From IMG/VR virus record IMGVR_UViG_3300028535_000001: 64,000 nucleotides of DNA. One strand, 5' to 3'. The notes under the pieces were generated by a model. The model ran no database searches, was not told where the DNA came from, and was given only the letters and a program-made list of their open reading frames with translations. The stretch comes from a virus. Every line of letters starts with the position of its first letter. Positions within the stretch are counted from its first letter, which is position 1. Positions 8,689 through 19,913 of the stretch are shown piece by piece. The translations under genes were made by a program, and so were the position numbers.

Positions 8689-9175
8689 ATTTCATTCCTT
8701 TCTTTACTGTTAAAACTATTAGTGATGTATATACTATAGTGCTTAGTAGTGTATTATGAAAGAACGGTATCGCCATTGTATAACACATTATTAAACCTTC
8801 AATTGTTTTGGGATAATAATCCCACATAGTCCATACTGCAAAGTTTGTTATTATAAAAAATAATATAGAAGATAAAATTGCCATTATACCTAACTGCATA
8901 TATTCTTTATCAAAACGCATTGACAAATTACTAATTAGTGTTGATAATCCTATTGCTCCATACACCCATAACATATATGGATGAAACCCTATCCATAAAT
9001 CTGCAATAAACATTGCTAATAATGGAAGTGACATTGCAACCCATTTATCTTTGATTAGATATGGAGCATAGATTGCTGTTGCTAAAATTGGTGTAAAATT
9101 CGGTGGGTGTGGAATAATTCTTCCCAAGGCAAGAATAAATGAAATGAATAGAAATGTTATAATAGTTTTTATCAT
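8669..9175 (-). CDS. Integral membrane protein, DUF6580-like (putative ECF S-component-like transporter)
   Basis: RIIPHPPNFTP motif, about 5-6 hydrophobic segments, ITNFAVW, CYTMAIPFF. Confidence 0.65.
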   Translation of the reverse strand: MIKTIITFLFISFILALGRIIPHPPNFTPILATAIYAPYLIKDKWVAMSLPLLAMFIADLWIGFHPYMLWVYGAIGLSTLISNLSMRFDKEYMQLGIMAILSSILFFIITNFAVWTMWDYYPKTIEGLIMCYTMAIPFFHNTLLSTIVYTSLIVLTVKKGMKYANNYI

Positions 9176-10542
9176 ACTTTAAAATCTGAAAACTTATCAT
9201 AAGGATTTTTTCCTGATGGTTTACTTTCAGTTCCTTTATCTACTATATTTTGTGCTGTGTTTTGTACATCATATAATTTCATTTTTGATCTATCTACACC
9301 TACAATAAATGATCTATTAATTGCTGGGTCGTTATACCTATTCTTTAATTGTTTTACTTTCATTTGACCTAGTTGTTCTAATTCTTCGTTTGATTGTAAA
9401 GCAAACATAAAGTCAGCCGTTGCTGGTAAACCAAAAGACTCTGCTGTATCTTCTAAACCAATATCTGTACTTGTATAACCAGTTCTAGTTGTTTGTGTAG
9501 CACTGAAAATAGGTAGATCAAACTCTACTGCTAGACCTCTTAATTCTTCAGCAATAGCCTTAATATAAAAGTATGATGATATATTACCACCTTTAAATCT
9601 ACTTGAAGCACATATGTTTAAATAATCTATAAACAATACTTGTGGTTTAAAAGATTTCTTTAAAGCAAGTTCATTTAATAATGCTCTAAAATGTCCACTA
9701 TGAGCAGACGCTGTTGGATATTCTTTAATGATGAATTGACCTTTAGTTTTATCTTGTAACCTTTTAAGTTTATCTTCGTATAAAGATTTAGGCATATCAT
9801 GGAGATCGTCCATAGATACATCTAATAAGTTAGCGTCTATTCTTTCTGCAATTCTTTCCTCTGCCATTTCTAAAGTGATATACAATACATTTAAACCTTG
9901 TGCTAAAAAACTACTAGCACAATGACACATAAACAAAGACTTACCTACACCTGTACCTGCCAATGCAATATTCAAAGTCTTACTTGGTACACCACCTTTT
10001 GTAATTCTATTAAAATAACTTAAATCAAATTGGAATTTTTTCTCTTTAGTATGATACCAATTGAATCTTTCCTCACTATCATTTAAATAGTCGTGACCAA
10101 TATGATTGTCAAATGAAACTGCTAAGGCGTCAGCCAAGATACTTGGTATTGCCTCTGGTGATCTCTTACTATCTTTCTTATCTAATATCTTAATACCCTC
10201 TAATACTGCATTATGGACTGCTCTGTCTTTACAAAACTTTTCTGTTGTATCAATCAGCCAATTCTGGTCAACATCTTCAGGATTTAATACTTCTAATAAA
10301 TCTTTTACTGTTCTTACATCGTCATCATTTAAATCTTTTCTATAACCCATTTCAACCATAATGGTTTCTTTGGTAGGAAGATTATTATACTTTGATATGA
10401 AAGCATATATTTCTGTAAACAAAATATTTTCTTCTCGTTTTGCAAAGTATATTTCTTTTAAGAAAGGTATAGCCTTTCTCATGTACGCTTCATTGTACAT
10501 CAAGTTTCTTAATATACTTATTTCAATTCGTTCATTATTCAT
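9172..10542 (-). CDS. 41: Replicative DNA helicase, T4 gp41-like
   Basis: LAGTGVGKS, ITLEMAEERI, IDYLNIC, SATQTTR, KQLKNRY. Confidence 0.95.
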   Translation of the reverse strand: MNNERIEISILRNLMYNEAYMRKAIPFLKEIYFAKREENILFTEIYAFISKYNNLPTKETIMVEMGYRKDLNDDDVRTVKDLLEVLNPEDVDQNWLIDTTEKFCKDRAVHNAVLEGIKILDKKDSKRSPEAIPSILADALAVSFDNHIGHDYLNDSEERFNWYHTKEKKFQFDLSYFNRITKGGVPSKTLNIALAGTGVGKSLFMCHCASSFLAQGLNVLYITLEMAEERIAERIDANLLDVSMDDLHDMPKSLYEDKLKRLQDKTKGQFIIKEYPTASAHSGHFRALLNELALKKSFKPQVLFIDYLNICASSRFKGGNISSYFYIKAIAEELRGLAVEFDLPIFSATQTTRTGYTSTDIGLEDTAESFGLPATADFMFALQSNEELEQLGQMKVKQLKNRYNDPAINRSFIVGVDRSKMKLYDVQNTAQNIVDKGTESKPSGKNPYDKFSDFKV

Positions 10543-10864
10543 TTGTAAATTCTACCTTGCCGGAGTTTAGTTGTTGTTCCATTACTTCAATTAATATGTC
10601 ACCGATATAATCTATAAACTCTTGTGTATCAATCTCTTTTGATTCTGGATTGGATAGTATATCATAATCAAACTTCATTGGCAAGTGACCTTTGCTATCT
10701 TCTTCTTTTGCAAACGCAACTTTACCATACTTGTAGATTACATTTCTGTACTTGTCTTCAAGTAATTTTACCGCTGTGTAATCTGCACCAGTCTTTTGTG
10801 CAAATACAAAACGTTTTTTATTCTTCGTCTGATCCGTATCGGAATTTTTTGTTGGCATATTCAT
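10535..10864 (-). CDS. Conserved hypothetical protein between uvsX and 41 (T4 gp40 position)
   Basis: Synteny only. Confidence 0.6.
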   Translation of the reverse strand: MNMPTKNSDTDQTKNKKRFVFAQKTGADYTAVKLLEDKYRNVIYKYGKVAFAKEEDSKGHLPMKFDYDILSNPESKEIDTQEFIDYIGDILIEVMEQQLNSGKVEFTNE

Positions 10865-11840
10865 CTATTTGTTTTAATACTTCTTTTGTAAAATACTTTT
10901 CTGGATCGTCATTGATAGATTTACCGAACACCTTACCTTGTGGTGTTTCAAACCTTGTTGATACTTTCTTAAAGATACCAGCTGCTTCAGCCATATCTAA
11001 AAGTCCATAATGTTTATCAAGTCCGTGTTTGTAGGTTAATTTAACGTCTATCTTTGCGTTTTCTTTTGTTAATCTAGATTTATAATTTTTACAATGTATA
11101 ATATTACCAATTACTTCAGCACCGTCTTTCTCTTTACGTCTGCTTAAATAGATGATTGATGAGGCAGCGTATTTTAATCCTGAGCCACCTCCCATTTCTT
11201 TTTGTGGGAACATAGAACCAATAACATCGTAGGTGTGATTGGTCATTATCATAGGTACATTTGCTTTACCTAATTTTAAAGTTAATACTCTAAAAGTTGA
11301 TTTGACTATTTGTGATCTAGTCATATCTCTTGTTTCTTTACCAGCGGCTGTATCTTCCATTTCTTTTGTAGTAGATAACATACCTAAACTGTCTAGAACA
11401 AACATTAAAGGTTGTCTTTTATCCTCTGGTTGTTCTAAATATTTGTCTATAATTTTTATTGATTGTGCTCTAAATTCTTGTACTGTAGAAACTGGTATAA
11501 CTACCGTTCTACTACCATCAACACCACGACCTTCAATCATGTCTTTTGATATAGCACTTTCTGATTCAAAATAAATAACACCTGCGTTTTTATTTTTGTC
11601 TAAAAAATTCTTTACAATGCCTAATGCGAAAAAGGTTTTACCTGTAGCCGCTTCTCCTGCAATTGCTGTGATTTTATTTGATGGTAATCCACCGTGAATA
11701 CTGCCTGATAATAAAGCATTAAAAGAATAAGAGCCTGTATCTATAAAACTGGTAACGTCAGCGCTATCTATTCCATCACTGACTAAACCTGCATATTCAT
11801 TTCCACTCTCTTTAATTATTTCTTTTAAAAAATCACTCAT
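10818..11840 (-). CDS. uvsX: RecA-like recombinase UvsX
   Basis: [29 protein letters not shown]. Confidence 0.95.
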   Translation of the reverse strand: MSDFLKEIIKESGNEYAGLVSDGIDSADVTSFIDTGSYSFNALLSGSIHGGLPSNKITAIAGEAATGKTFFALGIVKNFLDKNKNAGVIYFESESAISKDMIEGRGVDGSRTVVIPVSTVQEFRAQSIKIIDKYLEQPEDKRQPLMFVLDSLGMLSTTKEMEDTAAGKETRDMTRSQIVKSTFRVLTLKLGKANVPMIMTNHTYDVIGSMFPQKEMGGGSGLKYAASSIIYLSRRKEKDGAEVIGNIIHCKNYKSRLTKENAKIDVKLTYKHGLDKHYGLLDMAEAAGIFKKVSTRFETPQGKVFGKSINDDPEKYFTKEVLKQIDEYANKKFRYGSDEE

Positions 11841-11849
11841 ATTATCTCC

Positions 11850-11878
11850 TTTATAACATATCCACTTAATATTGTCAA
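11850..11878 (-). promoter_or_regulatory. sigma70-type promoter upstream of uvsX
   Basis: TTGACA-17-TATAAA with TG extension. Confidence 0.65.
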
Positions 11879-11886
11879 GCTTGATA

Positions 11887-12990
11887 TTATCTTATTATAT
11901 CTATTTTTGCCTCTGGTGTCCATATTTCTAATTCAGTTCTTAATCTATTTTGTTCTTTCAGTTTATTGTACCGAGATTCAGCTTTCTTTTTCCACCAATC
12001 TATTATATTATTTAGGTGGAATTTATCCCAATTATCGCCTTTAACTATTTTCTTTGTGTTGTCTTTTACTATATCTAGATAGTTCTTAATACCATAATCA
12101 CTAACATAGTATCTTTTTCTTTCAGTTAGCTTCTTTGCATTACTTATAGTTGTATTAAATCTTTCTAAATCACTTTTGTTTAAACTTCTCTTTATTAAAC
12201 CAATAATGGCATTTGTTAGTTTTAACTTTCTACTAGAGGCGTCATCTTTAACAAGTTTACCTACAGCACTATCAACAAACGTTGCAAGATCATGGAAAGG
12301 TTTACCATGTATCAAAGGTATAAAATCACTATCAGTTAATCCTTTGTATCTTAAATATGGTTTCATACCATCATATTGACTTGATGATTTACTATTACCA
12401 TATAGACTTGTAGTTTCAAACAATGATAAGTTCATACCATATTTGTTATTTAATTTTTCTCTTATTGTATGACTACAACATATGGCAGCCAATAGTTTAC
12501 CACCTAGATAATTAAAACCAAAAGGTTGGGTTGGTACTATTACAAATCCCATTATAGATGTTTTATTAAAACTTACTAATTCTGGTACGTGAGTTAATAA
12601 TTCATTTCTTGGTTTCATATTTATAACTGGAGAACCACATCTTATAAAACCTACCCACTGATTAGTATTCTTTTCTTTTATTGCGATCTTTAAATTTTTA
12701 CCAGGCACACTTGACATATTAGTATGAGAAGAAGTCATATTTAATAATGTATCATATGTTTCATTATCAGGTTCCAATATTTCAAATTCCATATCTTTAG
12801 GCGACATATCAAATTTAGAAAACATATCACTATCTAAAGTCATTCCAGGTAATGCAGCCGGTATATTTCCTATTTGAGATAATTTTTGATCTCTCATATA
12901 TTCATCTATACGACTAAACTTTTCAAAGTAATTATTGAATATACCAGCACAATGCAATGCTTGGTCATCTGTTAAATTTTTAGTTTTCAT
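11887..12990 (-). CDS. DUF4338 (DruA-like) family protein, paralogue 1
   Basis: [35 protein letters not shown]. Confidence 0.6.
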   Translation of the reverse strand: MKTKNLTDDQALHCAGIFNNYFEKFSRIDEYMRDQKLSQIGNIPAALPGMTLDSDMFSKFDMSPKDMEFEILEPDNETYDTLLNMTSSHTNMSSVPGKNLKIAIKEKNTNQWVGFIRCGSPVINMKPRNELLTHVPELVSFNKTSIMGFVIVPTQPFGFNYLGGKLLAAICCSHTIREKLNNKYGMNLSLFETTSLYGNSKSSSQYDGMKPYLRYKGLTDSDFIPLIHGKPFHDLATFVDSAVGKLVKDDASSRKLKLTNAIIGLIKRSLNKSDLERFNTTISNAKKLTERKRYYVSDYGIKNYLDIVKDNTKKIVKGDNWDKFHLNNIIDWWKKKAESRYNKLKEQNRLRTELEIWTPEAKIDIIR

Positions 12991-13005
12991 CTGTTTATTC
13001 TATCA

Positions 13006-13560
13006 TTAAATTGTAAATTTGTCAACCTGGTTTCCCCATACGTCCCAACCAGGCATAGAAGTTCTAGCAAATAATTCTATACGTGGTAAATCTCCACATA
13101 GTTTAATTATATCGTCTCTAATTCTATCTGGTTTTCTACTATGTTCTCTACGTTCACTCACAACCAATCTATCTACGTTGGCACCAACTCGTTTTGGTTT
13201 ACCTTTTGTTGCAAGTATACAAGTCTCTGTATTGGCTCTTGTCCAATAACCTGGACCTTTAAAAAAATAATTCTTGATTCGATTCTTGTTCGTCTTCACC
13301 CACGTAAAGCCTACGGTCTTGTAATCAAAACCCCACTTCTCAACTATAGGTATTTGTTTGTGTAATAATGGATCAGTACACCACATAAACAATACACAAT
13401 CCTTATCTGCAATATCTCCAACTGGTAGATTTTCTATATCTTTCATTGTCATTGTCTTATAATGATTCTCTGGATTCGTTTGGGCATTTTCATTATTCCA
13501 GTTCTGGAAGTGCCACGGAGGATCGGCGTATATTATATTATATGTTTTTTTAATATCCAT
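13006..13560 (-). CDS. MT-A70-family N6-adenine methyltransferase
   Basis: IYADPPW, LFMW, FTWVK, EHSRKP, RIELFAR, GWDVWGNQ. Confidence 0.9.
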   Translation of the reverse strand: MDIKKTYNIIYADPPWHFQNWNNENAQTNPENHYKTMTMKDIENLPVGDIADKDCVLFMWCTDPLLHKQIPIVEKWGFDYKTVGFTWVKTNKNRIKNYFFKGPGYWTRANTETCILATKGKPKRVGANVDRLVVSERREHSRKPDRIRDDIIKLCGDLPRIELFARTSMPGWDVWGNQVDKFTI

Positions 13561-13708
13561 AACTCAAAGCTAAATACCTGAAAATAAAAATTGTCATTAT
13601 AAATCTTGGTATAGACCAAGATGTTTTCATTGCTATTAATTGACCTAAAGAAAATGACCAATGTAAGGTAATTAATAGTATTAATGTTAAATCAAATGTT
13701 TTTATCAT
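13550..13708 (-). CDS. 52-aa hydrophobic protein
   Basis: Hand-translated ([22 protein letters not shown]...); overlaps both neighbours. Confidence 0.55.
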   Translation of the reverse strand: MIKTFDLTLILLITLHWSFSLGQLIAMKTSWSIPRFIMTIFIFRYLALSYGY

Positions 13709-13892
13709 TGTAGTCTGCTTTCAACTTGTCAACTTCTTCCTGTAGTTTTTTCTTTTCTCTCTGGTAATTATCATTAATCTCCAGAGCAATAGATAGTGAA
13801 TTTTCTAATTCTTTAATTCTATGATTTAATTTTTTATTTTCATCGGTCATATCCTCGTAAGGACGACCACTCTCATCATATTTAAGTGTCAT
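13692..13892 (-). CDS. Hypothetical coiled-coil protein
   Basis: ATGA overlap with nadA; heptad pattern. Confidence 0.65.
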   Translation of the reverse strand: MTLKYDESGRPYEDMTDENKKLNHRIKELENSLSIALEINDNYQREKKKLQEEVDKLKADYNDKNI

Positions 13893-14839
13893 TCATTTAC
13901 CATCCTCTCTATAGGTCGCCTTGCTTTTTTCATTATAGCATTTGGTATTTTCACCTCATATGTATTCATCATTAACGATTGTAATATTCCTGGTAAAGTA
14001 ATTCGTTTCATATGTGGACATAAATTACAAGGTCTAACAAACTCTACATTTGGATTCTCTACTGAAACATTATCACTCATTGAACACTCCGTAATCATTA
14101 ATACTTTACGTGGTTGTTTTTCTTTAACATAATTACTCATTTTAGATGTTGAACCTGTAAAGTCCACTTCAGCAATTACTTCAGGTGGACACTCTGGATG
14201 AGCTAAAATAATTATGCCTGGATTATCTTTTCTGTATTCTATAATTTCTTCAGCAGTAAATTTTTCGTGTACTATACAAGTACCGTGCCAAGATATAATT
14301 TTAACCTTTGTTTCTTTAGCAACATTTTTAGCAAGGTATTCATCTGGAAGAAATATAACTCTATCTACTCCCAACGATTCTATTATCTCAACTGCATTGG
14401 AAGATGTACAGCAAATATCTGTTTCTGCTTTAACATCAGCAGACGTATTCACATAAGTTACCACAGGTACACCTGGGTATTTTTCTTTTAATAATCTTAC
14501 ATCTTTACCTGTAATAGATTCTGATAATGAACAACCTGCTTTAGGGTCTGGAATTAAAACTGTTTTATCTGGACTTATCAACTTTGCTGTTTCTGCCATA
14601 AAATAAACACCACACATCAAAATAATATCTGCTGATGTTTTCGCTGCTTCTTTTGCTAGTAATAAAGAATCACCAACTATGTCAGCAACACAATGATATA
14701 TTTCTGGTGTCATATAATTGTGTGCTAGTATTACAGCATTCTTTTCTTTTTTTAATTTATTAATACTTTCAATATAAGGAGCGTGAAACTTCCACTCAAT
14801 CTCTGGTATAACTTTTTCTACTTTTTTATATAAACTCAT
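13889..14839 (-). CDS. nadA: Quinolinate synthase ([4Fe-4S])
   Basis: [51 protein letters not shown]; the three Fe-S Cys are present. Confidence 0.95.
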   Translation of the reverse strand: MSLYKKVEKVIPEIEWKFHAPYIESINKLKKEKNAVILAHNYMTPEIYHCVADIVGDSLLLAKEAAKTSADIILMCGVYFMAETAKLISPDKTVLIPDPKAGCSLSESITGKDVRLLKEKYPGVPVVTYVNTSADVKAETDICCTSSNAVEIIESLGVDRVIFLPDEYLAKNVAKETKVKIISWHGTCIVHEKFTAEEIIEYRKDNPGIIILAHPECPPEVIAEVDFTGSTSKMSNYVKEKQPRKVLMITECSMSDNVSVENPNVEFVRPCNLCPHMKRITLPGILQSLMMNTYEVKIPNAIMKKARRPIERMVNE

Positions 14840-17325
14840 CCGAAAAATGCCTCCAGATTTGCTTTCTTTTCCTGTGACCAGCCTATAGATTGTAATATAA
14901 ATCTCATAGGATCAAGGAATGTTTTTTCAAATTGTGTTTCGTAATCTATATATTTCTTTAAATTAAATTCATATGGTAACGTTGTAATATAACTAATCAC
15001 ATCAAATCTAAATGGATTTGCCTGTATTAATTTAAGAAACTTTATCTTATCTCCTTCTTTTATGTAAGGATATTTCTTATGTAATTTCATTTCTTTTAAT
15101 TTATGATTATATATTAAAGAACCTTTTACATGTATTGGTGTTCCTTTACTAAAGATAGTTGCTGGGTTTCTATACTTACTAATATTATTACATGATCTAG
15201 GAAAGGATATTTGTTCTGGTACCATTTCTAAAAATTCTTTTTTAAAGTCTGCAATAAATTTTTGTAAAGTAAGTTCATCTTTATTCATAATAATTTGAAT
15301 TGCCTCTTTAATTTTACCTCTACAAACTTGTGGTGTTGATGATTTAACTGCCTCAATACCCATAATCTTTAATTTAGGATCAGCTAATCTTACTCCTTCA
15401 TCATCTAATACGTTTAACATATATCTTTTCTTTGCAACCCATATTCCTTTGTTGGCAATTATTTCTCGTTTCATTACCATACAATTTTTAAATGCATTTG
15501 AATATTCAGATAGTTCATTAAAACATTTTTTAATATATGGTTCTATTCTACTATCAACAACCTTATCAATAAAATTACATATTTGTTCATTTGTTTTACC
15601 TGGACAAGTCTTTTCAACTAACTTATCCATCGTCACATAAATTGAATCTGTATCAGACGCAACAATATAATCAAACTCTGTTTTTAAAATCTTATTCATA
15701 TAATCATTTACTTTTTCCTCAATATATCTAATAATGAATTGACCTGTTGTAGTAATAGCACTTGCTTGTCTTACATCATAAAATCTAAAGTATTGGTTAC
15801 CAACTGCACCATAAGCTGAGTTTAAGGCAATCTTTCTTGCCCATTGTATATTGTGACATCTAGAAATTTCTTTTAATAATTCGGGATCCTTATTCTTTTG
15901 ATATAATTTTTTAGCAGTTAACATACGTTTCTTATAAACAACACGTTCATTGTACATGGTCTCCATCATTTCTGGTAAGAAACCTTGACTATCATTTTTA
16001 AACTTCGCACCGTTAGGTGTTACACAGGCATTTTCATTTTTTAAATAAGATAAATCTATTTTCCGTTTTAACATTTTATTTACAGAAATACCTGAAGGAT
16101 CCTGTCCTATTATTTTCTCTGGCGAAATATTATATTGTATAATGATATGTGGATATAGTGAATTAATATCAAAAGAAACTACCCACTTATGCTGACCGAC
16201 TTTAGGGTCTTTTACATAAGCGCCTTCATATTTTGTATCTTTAATATGTTCTTCTCTTGGTGGTATACATATATTTTTTGCCAATAAATGATTTGCAATT
16301 AAAGTATCCCATACTCTTACTTGTGAAAATATATCATCATAGTTTACTTTAGATTCATATGCAACAGTTAATGCTAGTTCAATTAAACCAAGTTTATCTT
16401 CCATGGCGTCAACAATTTCAACGTCTTGTATGTTATAATCAATAAACTTTTGGAAATCTTTTTCATAAAAATCTTTAAATGTTTCAAAAGGATTTACATG
16501 TTTCTTTTTACCTAGTTCTAACTCACCAATAAAATCTAGTTTATAACTTTCTTGTCTTGTTGGAATAAACCATCTATACAGATCAAGGTAATCTAACATC
16601 ACAATACCTTTTAAAGTATATGTTGTTTGAGGTCTACCTCTTACTATGATTTCATTTTTTTCTATTAAATTCCATGGCGACATTCTAGTTGCAACCTTTT
16701 CGCCTGCAATTAATTTAATTCTATTCATTAAATATGGTAAATCAAAAAACTTGGTATTCCATCCTGTAATAACATCTGGATGATTCTTTAACCAAAATTT
16801 CATAAACTCCATTATTAAATGCTGTTCAGTTTTACATTGTACATAGGTAACATCTAGTCTATCTGTTTTATATGCACCAGTTCCCCATGTTATAATCTGT
16901 TTGTTAGTTTGATTTTTAACAGTGATACAAATAATTTCTTCGGTAGGGTTTTCTACATCTGGAAAACCATCTGTTACTGTAGTCTCAATATCCATTGTGA
17001 ATATCTTAATAAACTTTTTCTCCCATTTTATATTTTTAGGAAATTGGTCATTAATATATTGATAATGAAAACGTTCTAAACCGTAAATAGGAGAATTATC
17101 GGTTGCTACGTCTCGTCTAAATCTTCTTGCGTCATTAATGTTTTTGAATTTAATAGGATTAAGATTGCGATTATCTAAAGTTTTAAATTTTGTATCTTTT
17201 TGTGTGATAGAATATAGAGTAGGACCAAAGTCTATCTTTTCTTTATAGTCTTTGCCATCATGTATACCTCTAACTAGAAGTTTACCTTTGTGTTCTATAA
17301 CTGATTTATAAAAGTTGGTCATCAA
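14836..17325 (-). CDS. 43: Family B DNA polymerase gp43
   Basis: DIET (ExoI), [27 protein letters not shown]. Confidence 0.97.
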   Translation of the reverse strand: MMTNFYKSVIEHKGKLLVRGIHDGKDYKEKIDFGPTLYSITQKDTKFKTLDNRNLNPIKFKNINDARRFRRDVATDNSPIYGLERFHYQYINDQFPKNIKWEKKFIKIFTMDIETTVTDGFPDVENPTEEIICITVKNQTNKQIITWGTGAYKTDRLDVTYVQCKTEQHLIMEFMKFWLKNHPDVITGWNTKFFDLPYLMNRIKLIAGEKVATRMSPWNLIEKNEIIVRGRPQTTYTLKGIVMLDYLDLYRWFIPTRQESYKLDFIGELELGKKKHVNPFETFKDFYEKDFQKFIDYNIQDVEIVDAMEDKLGLIELALTVAYESKVNYDDIFSQVRVWDTLIANHLLAKNICIPPREEHIKDTKYEGAYVKDPKVGQHKWVVSFDINSLYPHIIIQYNISPEKIIGQDPSGISVNKMLKRKIDLSYLKNENACVTPNGAKFKNDSQGFLPEMMETMYNERVVYKKRMLTAKKLYQKNKDPELLKEISRCHNIQWARKIALNSAYGAVGNQYFRFYDVRQASAITTTGQFIIRYIEEKVNDYMNKILKTEFDYIVASDTDSIYVTMDKLVEKTCPGKTNEQICNFIDKVVDSRIEPYIKKCFNELSEYSNAFKNCMVMKREIIANKGIWVAKKRYMLNVLDDEGVRLADPKLKIMGIEAVKSSTPQVCRGKIKEAIQIIMNKDELTLQKFIADFKKEFLEMVPEQISFPRSCNNISKYRNPATIFSKGTPIHVKGSLIYNHKLKEMKLHKKYPYIKEGDKIKFLKLIQANPFRFDVISYITTLPYEFNLKKYIDYETQFEKTFLDPMRFILQSIGWSQEKKANLEAFFG

Positions 17326-17638
17326 GTAAATGTAAAGTTATGCCATCAAGTTCTTTTGTCAATGAAATTTGACAACTCAATCTGCTAATACCTTTTTTAT
17401 ATCCTTCTTCATATTCTAATATCTCTTGTTCACTGCTATTATAATCTATGGGATTTAATTTGGCAATCCAGGCATTGTTTACATGTACGTGACAAGTAGC
17501 ACAAGCACAAGAACCACCACAACTAGCAGGAATTTCCGGTAAACTTGCCTCTTTAGCTGCCTCCATTATAGTCCAACCAGCAGGCACCTTTACTTGGACT
17601 TTCTCATTGTTTGTCCTAATAAAGTTTACTGTTATCAC
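17306..17638 (-). CDS. fdx: 2Fe-2S ferredoxin (ISC/adrenodoxin type)
   Basis: CGGSCACATCHV...SRLSCQ. Confidence 0.92.
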   Translation of the reverse strand: MITVNFIRTNNEKVQVKVPAGWTIMEAAKEASLPEIPASCGGSCACATCHVHVNNAWIAKLNPIDYNSSEQEILEYEEGYKKGISRLSCQISLTKELDGITLHLLDDQLL

Positions 17639-17940
17639 GTAGCTTCGGTTATTAACTTTTGATTCTTTGTTATAATTGAGCTTGTGTTTTGTTCGTAAGA
17701 TTTTCTTATCTCATCTTTAGGTTCTGTCATAAAAACTATTTTCTCTTTTGTTATAGTGACAGTATCCTTTTTACCAAAGGCATTGTACAATGACATCATT
17801 AATTGTAATGGTTGTCCTGGACCTCTTTGTTGAGGTATAATCACGAATGGATTTTTTAGACTTACACCTTGGTCGTTCTCACCTACCTTGGCAATTACAT
17901 CTTCGCCTGTAGATAGTCTTAATATTTTCACTTCTTGCAT
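17635..17940 (-). CDS. Conserved T4-like hypothetical protein (possible Sm-like beta-barrel)
   Basis: VKILRLSTGEDVIA start, similar to that of 35192..35647. Confidence 0.55.
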   Translation of the reverse strand: MQEVKILRLSTGEDVIAKVGENDQGVSLKNPFVIIPQQRGPGQPLQLMMSLYNAFGKKDTVTITKEKIVFMTEPKDEIRKSYEQNTSSIITKNQKLITEAT

Positions 17941-17995
17941 AATAACTCCTATTGTATTATTTAATATAACACATTACCTATAAAAAGGCAATGTT

Positions 17996-19462
17996 TTACT
18001 TCTGTTCTTTGTCAACCGGTTTTAGTCTTTTACTTAATACAAACGTTCTATTAGGGTTAACACTAACATTCATTTGTCTCATTAAATCTCTATTAATTAA
18101 TAAGTCTGATCCTGATCTTGGTCTACTATCTAATCCTACCTCTACATCTTTATAGGTAAAACCATTAAAGGTTAAATCTAATAATATTGTAGGTCTAATT
18201 TCAGAAGGTTCGTTTGTAGCATTTGCTCTAAAAATTTTACTTTGACCAAATTTAGGTTTCTCATAAGTTTTACCGTTATATTTCCATTTAACAGTTTTCT
18301 TATCTGACATAATTTTATCGGCATGTAAAGCACAAGCTTTTGATCCGTTACCACTATCAAACTTAGCTCTAACTTTAGCTACATCGGCAACGTCAACAGT
18401 TTCTAACCAACCACATTCTATAAGTGATTGTCTATCCCAATGACTTCTATCTTGAACATAATCAACAAGATATTCCATCATTTTTTCACCGTCTATTCTA
18501 CCAGATGGTTCTGGATCAGAATAATAATCCTTGTATTGGTAACCTTGATAGTCAGCACCTGATCCTGGACTACCATTGATTTCTAAAATGTATGGTTTTT
18601 TATTGTGTATTATATGGTCAACTCCTACCATATATGCCTTTGAAGCTCTTGAAGCTTTTAAAATTAGTTCATGTTCTTCATCATTTAAAACATAAGGGTG
18701 TGCCTCGGCACCTCTATGAGTATTTGATCTAAAGTCATATGAGCTATGTACTCTTTTTGTACTTGCAATAACTTTGTTATCTAAACAGAAAGTTCTTACA
18801 TCAAACTTGACAGGCATAAATTCTTGTATTAAAAGTTCAGATTCTAATTTCCACATTGCTTGTACAGTTGCAACAAGACCCTCATAACTTTCAATTTTAA
18901 TTACTCCGATACCTTGTGTACCTGTTAATGTCTTTAAGATAAGTGGAAACTTACCACCAATCATATCTATTCCAGTTCTTATATTATTCTCGTTAGATAT
19001 AAATGCTGTTCTTGGTGTAGCTATACCAAACTTTTCAAATAGTAAAGCTGACGTTAATTTGTTATCACAAGTCATCATAGCTGCTCTTGTGTTTAACATA
19101 AATGATTGTGAGTTTTGAAAGGCAGAGATTAAAGACAGTCCAGCTTCGTTCTCCACTGCACCACCTCGTGTTACAACAACGGTATCTTTACCTGTAAAGG
19201 TATGTTCACCATTCTTACCATCGTAATTATAGACAGTAAGGGTGTTCTTATCTTCGTCTTTTGCTGTGATTATAGTAGATGTAGTATTAACAATAACGCA
19301 TTTAGTCTTTTGTTTTTTACACGCCTTTTCTATAAGTTCAACAGTTGAATCCTTTTGAGGATCCTCTGAATCATTTATAGTAAGTATAGCAACCGTAATC
19401 GGTTTATCTTTACGACCTTGGTTTTGCTCTGTTATATAATCTCTAAACTTTGGTATCTGCAT
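17996..19462 (-). CDS. rimK: RimK-family ATP-grasp ligase fused to a C-terminal RimB-like (retropepsin-fold) protease
   Basis: CDNKL, PLILKTLTGTQGIGV, IQEF, DVR, FRSNTHRG, GVD, LEINGSPG; C-terminal GWLE...AKFDSG...RP...LLINRD. Confidence 0.8.
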   Translation of the reverse strand: MQIPKFRDYITEQNQGRKDKPITVAILTINDSEDPQKDSTVELIEKACKKQKTKCVIVNTTSTIITAKDEDKNTLTVYNYDGKNGEHTFTGKDTVVVTRGGAVENEAGLSLISAFQNSQSFMLNTRAAMMTCDNKLTSALLFEKFGIATPRTAFISNENNIRTGIDMIGGKFPLILKTLTGTQGIGVIKIESYEGLVATVQAMWKLESELLIQEFMPVKFDVRTFCLDNKVIASTKRVHSSYDFRSNTHRGAEAHPYVLNDEEHELILKASRASKAYMVGVDHIIHNKKPYILEINGSPGSGADYQGYQYKDYYSDPEPSGRIDGEKMMEYLVDYVQDRSHWDRQSLIECGWLETVDVADVAKVRAKFDSGNGSKACALHADKIMSDKKTVKWKYNGKTYEKPKFGQSKIFRANATNEPSEIRPTILLDLTFNGFTYKDVEVGLDSRPRSGSDLLINRDLMRQMNVSVNPNRTFVLSKRLKPVDKEQK

Positions 19463-19913
19463 TATCAGGTTTTTCTTCCTTCGGAAGAGGCTTGTCTTCC
19501 TTAATTATTTTCTTACCTATGTTATATTTAGCGGATAATATCCACTCTTTTTTCTCTTTAAATGGTAATACTTTAATTTGTGATAATGGTGCTTTGTTTT
19601 CTTTTGCTGTATCTTTGTTTAATATATTGATTAATTTCCAGTCTTCTAGTAATACTGCTATTGTATTTCTACGTTGTATATCATTATTAATTAGAGTTGC
19701 CTTCTTTCCATCTAAAGCAAAAAGTTCTTTAAAATGTACTATGTAATACTTTCCTTGTTTGTGTAATATGTGACAAGATTGAAAAAGGGTTTTATCTTTT
19801 CTACTTGCAACACCTATTCTGGTAAGTGTTTCTCTAACCTTTAAGAAATCGTCTGGTTGATTTAGAGTTACCTCTAACATCTGATCTTGTGACCACGTTA
19901 TTTCATCATTCAT
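19443..19913 (-). CDS. regA: Translational repressor RegA
   Basis: DDFLKVRETLTRIG, QSCHILHKQGKYYIVHFKELF. Confidence 0.95.
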   Translation of the reverse strand: MNDEITWSQDQMLEVTLNQPDDFLKVRETLTRIGVASRKDKTLFQSCHILHKQGKYYIVHFKELFALDGKKATLINNDIQRRNTIAVLLEDWKLINILNKDTAKENKAPLSQIKVLPFKEKKEWILSAKYNIGKKIIKEDKPLPKEEKPDNADTKV

